Part shown: positions 17,386-24,000 of the stretch, one piece after another | Layout of the letters: each line of letters begins with the position of its first letter | Numbering within the stretch: position 1 is the first letter of the stretch | Position numbers and translations under genes: made by a program | Sequence record: MF001355.1 | DNA: 24,000 bases | DNA from: Proteus phage PM2 | Reading direction: 5' to 3' (one strand) | The notes under the pieces: generated by a model | What the model was told of the DNA's origin: nothing | Database searches by the model: none | The model's input: the letters and a program-made list of their open reading frames with translations, nothing else

Positions 17386-18916
17386 TAACTTTAACCCAAG
17401 TTCCTTTTATTAGAATTTCGTCATTTTCATTAACTATAACTTCTTCACCATCTATAATAGTTTTAAACCATTGTCCATCTTTAGCGTATTCAAATGGGGA
17501 TTCACCTAGTGTTAATCCTGTAATAGCCATTATATCAAAAGCTTCTTTACTCTTCATTATATCAACATCTTTCATACCCCATGTATTTAAGAATTTACCT
17601 CTTAAAGGATATCCACCTTGAGTATCTTGAATACGAGAAGTCAATAATTCATTTAAAGCCGAATCTCCTTCTGTTAAAAACAATGTTGTTCCTTTACCTG
17701 GTTTTCCATAAAAGTTTGCTTTAATATGTTTTGCGACTTTGGCTTTTGCTGCTTTTTTAGCTGCTTTAGTGGCTGCAGCCTGTTCTGCCGCTAATTTACG
17801 GGCCAAAACAGCTTCAATAATAGGCATCAAGATGGTTTCAGTCTTCATTAATTGATTTGCAAGTTTTTTAACATCAATATCCATGTGGTTCTTGACTTCA
17901 CCCCAGGTGTTTGTCAGACGTTCTTTTGTTTGACCGTCAAATTTCATATTACTCATATTACGGATAAACACTAGGACCGTCAGACATTCTTTAATACGGG
18001 CTTTAGTAACTTCAATACGATATTTACGTTTAATACTAGGAATAAGTTCGTTTGAAATTTCATCCATTAACCAGTCAATATGAGAACCACCTACTTTTGT
18101 ATGGATCTGATTAACAAAAGATAAGTGTCGGAATCCATCTGGTGAATTAGCAAAAGCTACAGAAACATTATCATTTTCCATAGTAATTACTTTTTCACCA
18201 AATTGTGAAGCAAATTTTTTGAAGTTACCTTGGATTTTTTTACCATTAAATTTAAAAGTAATTTTGTCAAAAATAATAGATAAAGTCATTAAACGATCTT
18301 GGATAATATCTTGGATAGTTTTATCAATACCTGTGCAATCAAAACGATCAAAATCTGGAACAAATGAAACACTGGTTCCTTTTAATTTACCTTTCTTAAC
18401 AGAAAAATTAATATTTTCTGCATTATCATTACATGTAACTGTGATGATATTTTTACCATCACCTGTAACGCCTTCAAACCAAGTACTAAAAAAGTTTGTT
18501 AATGAAGACCCGACACCGTTTTGACCGCCTGTAACACGTTCCAAATCATTACCAAAGTTACCACCTGCCTTTGTTCTTGTCCATGCAGCAACAGGCCCGG
18601 GAATAGATTCTCCTTCAGGCGTGATTACATTAGCTTGTGGAATACCACGCCCATTATCTTTTACAGTGATTTTGGAATCTTTAATTTCTACTTCAATTTC
18701 ATTTGCGAATTCAAACTTAGTACGAATAGCTTCATCAATTGAATTGTCAATTATTTCGTCAATAATTTTTACAAGACCTGGGACATAAGTGAGTGTTTTA
18801 TATTCACCAAAAAGAAATCTTTCGTGTGGTTCGTTAGAAACAGACCCAATATACATTGCTGGTCTTTTAAGACAATGTTCTCTATCAGTGAGCATTTTAA
18901 TATTATTATCTATCAT
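17372..18916 (-). CDS. 39: DNA topoisomerase II large subunit (gp39), 514 aa, ATPase plus first half of TOPRIM
   Basis: EIIDNSIDEA, VKDNGRGIP, GGQNGVGSS ATPase motifs and TTLFLTEGDSALNELLTSR TOPRIM glutamate motif; ends before the TOPRIM DxD motif, which is in gp60. Confidence 0.95.
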   Translation of the reverse strand: MIDNNIKMLTDREHCLKRPAMYIGSVSNEPHERFLFGEYKTLTYVPGLVKIIDEIIDNSIDEAIRTKFEFANEIEVEIKDSKITVKDNGRGIPQANVITPEGESIPGPVAAWTRTKAGGNFGNDLERVTGGQNGVGSSLTNFFSTWFEGVTGDGKNIITVTCNDNAENINFSVKKGKLKGTSVSFVPDFDRFDCTGIDKTIQDIIQDRLMTLSIIFDKITFKFNGKKIQGNFKKFASQFGEKVITMENDNVSVAFANSPDGFRHLSFVNQIHTKVGGSHIDWLMDEISNELIPSIKRKYRIEVTKARIKECLTVLVFIRNMSNMKFDGQTKERLTNTWGEVKNHMDIDVKKLANQLMKTETILMPIIEAVLARKLAAEQAAATKAAKKAAKAKVAKHIKANFYGKPGKGTTLFLTEGDSALNELLTSRIQDTQGGYPLRGKFLNTWGMKDVDIMKSKEAFDIMAITGLTLGESPFEYAKDGQWFKTIIDGEEVIVNENDEILIKGTWVKVSELL

Positions 18917-19586
18917 TTACTGTCCTCTCAAATTGACGTACTATATTTTTATAAGAACCTTTAGGAAATCCTCTGTTAATACTTTCTTTTGAAAATACAC
19001 TAACTTTAGGTTTGTTTAATTCTATCCATAATTTAAATAAAGCAGATTCATATTTCCATACAGGACTTGTTCTATTTTTTAATCCACATTTAATTAAAGC
19101 TTCTTTTGTATGCTTTTTATTATAAAATGGATTTTTAGAACCTTTCATTGCGATAGAATGTTTTTCTCTCTTAAGCCCATAACACGGATTTTTATCACCT
19201 AATTTACATTCGGACATAAGTTTTAAAGATGATTTAGTGTGTTTTTTATTATAAAACGGATTGTCTTCTTTGAGCACAGGCATCCCAAAAAATCCATTAG
19301 GAGAAGCCATCGACATATTAAAAAATTTAGTAGATTTTACAACATTGTTTAATTTTTGGTATTTATACTCAGCCTGAATAGCTTCTTTTCTTGTTTCAAA
19401 CACATCTACAATACACACATCAAATAAATGTGGATTATTTATTTTTTCTTCATAATAAATCTTTTTATATTTTTTAGATCTGACAGAACCTGTATAACCT
19501 TCATTAAATTTCTTTAATGAAGTAGATCCTATATAAAATGGTGGGAGCTTATCTCCAGAATAAATTGTAAGATAAACTATAAACAT
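18906..19586 (-). CDS. GIY-YIG homing endonuclease with NUMOD3-like repeats, 226 aa
   Basis: MFIVYLTIYSGDKLPPFYIGSTSLKKFNEGYTGSVRSKKY; EYKYQ; repeated NPFYNKKHTK(S/E)(S/A)L motifs; 3' end overlaps gene 39 start by 11 nt. Confidence 0.9.
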   Translation of the reverse strand: MFIVYLTIYSGDKLPPFYIGSTSLKKFNEGYTGSVRSKKYKKIYYEEKINNPHLFDVCIVDVFETRKEAIQAEYKYQKLNNVVKSTKFFNMSMASPNGFFGMPVLKEDNPFYNKKHTKSSLKLMSECKLGDKNPCYGLKREKHSIAMKGSKNPFYNKKHTKEALIKCGLKNRTSPVWKYESALFKLWIELNKPKVSVFSKESINRGFPKGSYKNIVRQFERTVNDR

Positions 19587-19609
19587 AAATTCTCCGTGGT
19601 TTCCTTAGT

Positions 19610-19630
19610 TAAAAGGGACCGAAGTCCCTA
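19610..19630 (-). terminator. Rho-independent terminator
   Basis: Minus strand tagggac-ttcg-gtccctttt. Confidence 0.75.
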
Positions 19631-19632
19631 TA

Positions 19633-20067
19633 TTATTCAAAAAATACATCTAGCAATTTACGTATTGCTTCTGCCTGTTCTTTTGTAGTAACTTCCAAAT
19701 TTAGTTTAACTGAATTAGGCTTTAAATTAAATACCTCACCAGTTGGTGGTTCCATAGGCATTACAGCAAGTGGAACATCTGGCATAGTAACTGGGAGATA
19801 ATCTATTTCTTTACAATATTTTTCTAAGTCATCATCGGAAAAAATATATAAAGGTGTGTCACTTGTATCAAATTCTAACCCGTTAAAGAATCTGATTGTT
19901 TCAAAGCATGAGTAATTGTCTTTTGAATAGAAAAAAGGTGTTCCCACCAATTTATTTTCGGTAACAAATTTTTCAAATTCTTTAGCCCATACAGTTCCGT
20001 TATCAAGAATAAACGCATCAAAGGCCGATTGTGATTTAAAAACATAACGTTCCATATAGTCAAACAT
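19633..20067 (-). CDS. Hypothetical protein, tandem paralog family member 1, 144 aa
   Basis: FFNGLEFDTSDTPLYIF and C-terminal KEQAEAIRKLLDVFFE shared with the next two ORFs. Confidence 0.7.
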   Translation of the reverse strand: MFDYMERYVFKSQSAFDAFILDNGTVWAKEFEKFVTENKLVGTPFFYSKDNYSCFETIRFFNGLEFDTSDTPLYIFSDDDLEKYCKEIDYLPVTMPDVPLAVMPMEPPTGEVFNLKPNSVKLNLEVTTKEQAEAIRKLLDVFFE

Positions 20068-20068
20068 A

Positions 20069-20491
20069 TTACTGTCCTTTAAGGTGTTCTAGTAATTCAT
20101 TAATAAAGATAACAAGTTCTGTTTTAGAATTTAAAGTTTTTGCAGGAATGTCTAATTTAAATTCTTCTTTTTGATTTGAGTTTTTATCTTTTGAGACAAT
20201 TACAAAGAATTCTCTAAATTGTTTATCTTCTGTTTTAAATGTTAATGCACTACTGTGAATAGGGATAGTGTAAGACGGATAATATAAATCAGAAAATTCT
20301 AATCCATTATCAAAAACACATCTTAAAAATGTATTTTCTGTACGATTAAAATAAACTGAAAATGGCATATCTTGTAAGTTGTTGTATATAACAAAATCTG
20401 CAAAACTAGATTGGGCATTACAAAAACTACCGTATCTTGATACGTTAACACCCTTTTTAAATTTTAGGCGTCCAATAAGTTCTTCTTTCAT
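20069..20491 (-). CDS. Hypothetical protein, tandem paralog family member 2, 140 aa
   Basis: GRLKFK..., CVFDNGLEFSD, ELVIFINELLEHLK. Confidence 0.75.
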   Translation of the reverse strand: MKEELIGRLKFKKGVNVSRYGSFCNAQSSFADFVIYNNLQDMPFSVYFNRTENTFLRCVFDNGLEFSDLYYPSYTIPIHSSALTFKTEDKQFREFFVIVSKDKNSNQKEEFKLDIPAKTLNSKTELVIFINELLEHLKGQ

Positions 20492-20493
20492 AA

Positions 20494-20931
20494 TTATGAT
20501 TCCAAGTATTCTAATAATTCATTGATCACTGCTTTTGCTTCAGCTTTATTAGTAATCGTTTTATTAATTACTAACTCTTTAGAATTTAAGACTTGCTCCG
20601 GTTTCTCAATATCTTTTACAGCTTCAATAAATTTAAAATTAGAATGCCTTAGTTCACATTTAGAACCTTCAATATTAAGTCCAAATGTATAGAAGTCTAA
20701 CCCAGCATCTGAAAATACCATACCATTATCAAATACAATTTCTAAATCATACCAAGCCGGGTTGGTTTCAATTAAATCAATGGTAAAACTATGGTGTTTT
20801 AATAAATACTTATCTAAAAAGTCAGAAAATAATACACGTGTTGTATTAAATTCTTGTTGTTCTACATAGTGTTTGATACTAATTGGAGATTTAAATTTAA
20901 ATCTCCCTAATGATTTAATAAATTTGCTCAT
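20494..20931 (-). CDS. Hypothetical protein, tandem paralog family member 3, 145 aa
   Basis: GRFKFKSP..., IVFDNGMVFSD, KAEAKAVINELLEYLE. Confidence 0.75.
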   Translation of the reverse strand: MSKFIKSLGRFKFKSPISIKHYVEQQEFNTTRVLFSDFLDKYLLKHHSFTIDLIETNPAWYDLEIVFDNGMVFSDAGLDFYTFGLNIEGSKCELRHSNFKFIEAVKDIEKPEQVLNSKELVINKTITNKAEAKAVINELLEYLES

Positions 20932-21863
20932 AGCACGGCCTTAGCCCATTTAGTGGTTTTAGATTTAATTTGTTCATTTAAATCATCAATAACAATACAC
21001 ATTAGGTCTTTATCATTGACAAGTTCAAATTCTTGTTTATTACGATAGTTAAGCCATAATGTATCAATTAAGCAATTAATAACATCAGCGGCTTCGCCAG
21101 TTGCACATTCGTCAACTTCATCTTGTCGAAATGTAGCTTTAGAGTATTCACCAATTTCTTCGACTAAATGGGCAAAAACTATACTTAAATCACGTTCTGG
21201 TGCTTTAATACACATTTTAACGGTCGGGCTGATATCTAAAATTGGTTCACAATCAAAATCAGGTTCTTTTAATGGTTCTTTGAAGACAATCGGTGTTTGT
21301 TCATATTGAATAATCTGAATACCTGATAATTCAAAAAACTCTTGTTCTCTGGAATCATAAGTGTAACCACCGAGTTTAGATAAACAAACAAATGAGCCAA
21401 ATGATTCATTTAAATTAGTATATATAATTCCGTTAATATATACAGCTAAAGGATTGCCATAATCATCTGTTTTTAAAATCGTGACAATTTTAGATTTAGT
21501 ATTATGTAAAAATTTAAAAATAGGATAAAGACGTCTTTGTTCTTCTGTTTCGGGCCAGAATTTATTTAATTTATAAGAACGGCCTTCTTTGAACATAGGT
21601 TGACGAGTAAATGATTCATCTAGAGTTTGTTCACCTAAAACACACCAGAATGAGTCATCATTTGATAATTCAACAATTTGATTATTGACTAAAATTTTAG
21701 ATGCACCATAATATTGCATTGCGTTGGAAACCGTCACATCTAAAATTTGGACTTCCATGTTATCAAAAAGACGAATTCCACGGTCTTCCATGATTCTATA
21801 AAATGCACTGACTTGGTTTAAAGAAGCCAGGTTTAATGTATAGATAGAACCTTTACTAATCAT
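20928..21863 (-). CDS. Protein with C-terminal MazG-like nucleotide pyrophosphohydrolase domain, 311 aa
   Basis: C-terminal LVEEIGEYSKATFRQDEVDECATGEAADVINCLIDTLW: E-E-x-x-E and E-x-x-D pattern of all-alpha NTP pyrophosphatases. Confidence 0.65.
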   Translation of the reverse strand: MISKGSIYTLNLASLNQVSAFYRIMEDRGIRLFDNMEVQILDVTVSNAMQYYGASKILVNNQIVELSNDDSFWCVLGEQTLDESFTRQPMFKEGRSYKLNKFWPETEEQRRLYPIFKFLHNTKSKIVTILKTDDYGNPLAVYINGIIYTNLNESFGSFVCLSKLGGYTYDSREQEFFELSGIQIIQYEQTPIVFKEPLKEPDFDCEPILDISPTVKMCIKAPERDLSIVFAHLVEEIGEYSKATFRQDEVDECATGEAADVINCLIDTLWLNYRNKQEFELVNDKDLMCIVIDDLNEQIKSKTTKWAKAVL

Positions 21864-21867
21864 AATA

Positions 21868-22083
21868 TTATCCTTTTAAATTTTCAAAGAAAAAATCAGT
21901 TTTAACAGTACTACCACAAGAACTGATAACACGTTTATAAACAGCAACGGCTTCATTATTTTCAATAACATATAAATTCGTCAGATGAATCATATGAGAC
22001 ACTTCTGAATCTTTTTGAACAACAGTTAAAGTGTTTGAAAATAAAACATCTTCAAATTCATCACGTGTAATTACTTGTTCCAT
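21868..22083 (-). CDS. Hypothetical protein, 71 aa
   Basis: First ORF downstream of an early-type promoter. Confidence 0.6.
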   Translation of the reverse strand: MEQVITRDEFEDVLFSNTLTVVQKDSEVSHMIHLTNLYVIENNEAVAVYKRVISSCGSTVKTDFFFENLKG

Positions 22084-22129
22084 TATAAACTCCCGTTATT
22101 TGTTTTGTTTGTTTCGTTTTGTTGTAAAT

Positions 22130-22159
22130 ATAATACAAAATAAAAGAGGTCTTGTAAAC
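22130..22159 (-). promoter_or_regulatory. T4-type early promoter
   Basis: Minus strand GTTTAC - 18 nt - TATTAT, overlapping the terminator hairpin at 22142..22166. Confidence 0.6.
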
Positions 22160-22166
22160 CTCTTTT
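22142..22166 (-). terminator. Rho-independent terminator after dexA
   Basis: Minus strand aaaagaggt-ttacaag-acctctttt followed by attttg. Confidence 0.75.
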
Positions 22167-22180
22167 TTCACTTTTTAAAA

Positions 22181-22858
22181 CTATTTTTTGATAGATACTA
22201 GGTCTATGTCTTTTTCTTCAGGAACTTCTTCAAGTCCAAGCGCATATCGTTCTGCTGTTTTAAGCATAATAATGTCTTTAGCACAGTCATGAATAGAGTC
22301 GTGTAAAACAAACCCATTTAAAACACCTTTACGAATAGGACATATAGTCATGTCTCTGTCTAATAAAAGTTTTCTAATAGAAGTCCTTGTATCATTTTGA
22401 TTCCAAAAAGCGATAAATTCTTTCTTAAACGTATCTACGTCTTCTAAAGCTATTCCAGATTCTAATTCACGTTGGGTGATCATATGTTTTAAAATAGGAA
22501 AGTCGAACGACATACCACGACTATATCCTTGAGATTTCCAGAAATCAATTCCTTGGGCATCTAAATAATTCTTTAATATATCTAGACCTTCATTAATCGT
22601 AACGTCCTGTGGTGTTCTAACAAGATTCTTTTTAGCTTCAGGTTCTTGTTGTTTCCACCATTCTACTGTGGATTTATAGAATACTCTTTTACCTTTTTGT
22701 GAATTCAAATCAAACTTAATACGCAACCCACGTTTAACAAGATCTTCAAAAGATTCTACTACATTAGGGTCCGGGTTAAAAGTAATAATAGATAAATCTA
22801 TAACAGCCGAATCCGGTTGGTTACCAAAAGTTTCTAAGTCAAATACAAAATCAATCAT
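22181..22858 (-). CDS. dexA: Exonuclease A (DexA), 225 aa with start re-assigned to the internal MIDF
   Basis: MIDFVFDLETFGNQPDSAVIDLSIITFDP...LRIKFDLNSQKG...STVEWWKQQ...WKSQGYSRGMSFDFPIL...HDSIHDCAKDI matches T4 DexA; ATG at 22858 overlaps the dda stop as ATGA. Confidence 0.95.
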   Translation of the reverse strand: MIDFVFDLETFGNQPDSAVIDLSIITFNPDPNVVESFEDLVKRGLRIKFDLNSQKGKRVFYKSTVEWWKQQEPEAKKNLVRTPQDVTINEGLDILKNYLDAQGIDFWKSQGYSRGMSFDFPILKHMITQRELESGIALEDVDTFKKEFIAFWNQNDTRTSIRKLLLDRDMTICPIRKGVLNGFVLHDSIHDCAKDIIMLKTAERYALGLEEVPEEKDIDLVSIKK

Positions 22859-24000
22859 ATATACCACACATTTTTCTGAGCCCGTGTTGTTCCAACATAC
22901 AATAGTTGTGAAGCAACATCTACTTCTGCATATTTTATAATACAAGGAGTATAAAGAAAACTATTTTTTACGGTTACACCTTGTGCCTTATGGATTGTAC
23001 TACATGGAATGGGTTTTACTTTTGTGAAAGCATCTTTAATTTCCCAGAAGTCATCCCAATAAGCGCGTCCATTGCCTGATTTATATTGTTGTGCAACTTT
23101 ACCTAAAAACATCCAAAGCTGGGTTTGGTTTTCTTCTCCATAAACAACATTAAGATAATTGGTTGTGCCTTCATCAACAGATTGGACTTTTAAAAGAAAG
23201 TAAGGTAAATCGATTTTAAAATCAACCCCACGACACTGAAGTTTTCTAGACATTTCCTTTACGTCTAGAATTTGCACAACTTCACCATTATTAAAGATGA
23301 TTTCTTTCATCTTTTTGCCTTCAAATTTTATAGTTTGCATATATGGTTCTTGCATAACTAAAGCTTCACCAATAATAAATGGATCATCTTTTTTATAAAA
23401 GTTTTTACGGATGATTTGATTTAACTTATCAACAGATTTATTAGTATAAGCAAAAAATCTATTATCAAAGAAATCTTCTTCAGATTTTATTTGCTTAAAA
23501 TAATCTATCATCATATCACGTAAAGAAGGTGGATGAAAAATACCTTCGCCATCAATAATGTTTTCTCTAATCCATCCACCTTCTCTAATTTCTGTAGCAA
23601 CTTCAATAATTGGTTGATTTGAACGCTTTACTTCAGTCAGATGCATTTGTTTAAACCGATGATCTGTAAAAAATCTAGATACACCCAGGTCATCTTGAGG
23701 TTTTAACTGGGCTTTATCTCCGATAGCAATAACAATAGTCCATGGCATGATGTTGTTCATTAAAAGCTCAAATAATTTTGTATCATAGAACGAAGCTTCT
23801 TCACAGATTAATACACGAATTTTATCTAACTCAGGGGCCTTTCTTTGTTCAAAAATCCGATGTTCTTCATAAGTTACAGGATTTATTTTTAAAATACTGT
23901 GGATTGTTGATACTTCTCGCCCAGTAAAATCAGCCAGTACTTTTTTAGAAGCATGGGTTGGCGCAGCTAAAACAACTCCAGGGATCCCTTCTTTTTCGAT
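22855..24000 (-). CDS. dda: Dda helicase, truncated at window end
   Basis: Frame is open to base 24000, giving VVLAAPTHASKKVL, RVLICEEASFYD, IGDKAQLKP, TEVKRSNQPIIEVA, FAYTNKSVDKLN, TIHKAQG, QLLYVGTTRAQ; the ORF track starts at an internal Met. Confidence 0.95.
   Translation of the reverse strand: MEKEGIPGVVLAAPTHASKKVLADFTGREVSTIHSILKINPVTYEEHRIFEQRKAPELDKIRVLICEEASFYDTKLFELLMNNIMPWTIVIAIGDKAQLKPQDDLGVSRFFTDHRFKQMHLTEVKRSNQPIIEVATEIREGGWIRENIIDGEGIFHPPSLRDMMIDYFKQIKSEEDFFDNRFFAYTNKSVDKLNQIIRKNFYKKDDPFIIGEALVMQEPYMQTIKFEGKKMKEIIFNNGEVVQILDVKEMSRKLQCRGVDFKIDLPYFLLKVQSVDEGTTNYLNVVYGEENQTQLWMFLGKVAQQYKSGNGRAYWDDFWEIKDAFTKVKPIPCSTIHKAQGVTVKNSFLYTPCIIKYAEVDVASQLLYVGTTRAQKNVWYI

Noticed and set aside
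16760-18992. Plus-strand ORFs at 16760..17143, 18219..18524, 18521..18742 and 18789..18992
   Set aside because: Antisense to the HNH gene, gene 39 and the GIY-YIG gene, without motifs.
19875-20063. Minus-strand 62-aa ORF
   Set aside because: Alternative frame inside the 144-aa paralog gene; no independent support.
22181-22945. 254-aa version of DexA starting MYYKICRSRCC...
   Set aside because: The T4-like N-terminus begins at MIDFVFDLETFG (22858). The extra 29 residues overlap the dda 3' end in another frame.
22855-23760. 301-aa ORF starting at MNNIMPW as a complete gene
   Set aside because: The frame continues upstream through Dda motifs (CEEASFYD, APTHASKKVL) to the window edge.
1-24000. 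CRISPR arrays, tRNA genes, retroelements
   Set aside because: No regularly spaced repeat array, no tRNA cloverleaf noticed by eye, and no reverse transcriptase motif seen. A tRNA or covariance-model scan was not possible here.

Overview
This window is part of a T4-like (Tevenvirinae-type) myovirus genome, and gene order closely follows T4. On the + strand it runs from the 3' part of gene 34 through 35, 36-like, 37-like (S74 chaperone C-terminus), a gp38-type adhesin and t (holin). On the - strand it holds asiA, motA, 52, ndd, denB-like, rIIB, rIIA, 60, an HNH homing endonuclease, 39, a GIY-YIG homing endonuclease, several small genes, dexA and dda (truncated at the window end). The main observation is in gene 60, the small topoisomerase subunit that completes the TOPRIM domain. 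Its ORF is interrupted by an in-frame UAG directly after codon 46 (GGG), followed by a UUCG-capped hairpin. A GGA codon 48 nt further on resumes the conserved protein (DADVDG//QGSIYPSLL). This is the architecture of the T4 gene 60 translational-bypassing element, but with a 51-nt rather than 50-nt gap and a non-identical takeoff/landing pair (GGG/GGA). The ORF track misses the N-terminal 46 codons. A second candidate recoding or frameshift site joins ORF 6161..6361 to a zinc-ribbon-like frame with no start codon (5998..6234). Other points of interest: a gp38-like adhesin lacking the glycine-rich region, homing endonucleases on both sides of gene 39, a triplet of tandem paralogs, a MazG-like fusion, a small nucleotidyltransferase, a 34-bp perfect direct repeat, and early promoters interleaved with terminators. 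All family matches come from reading the sequence and from memory of T4 proteins. No database search was run.
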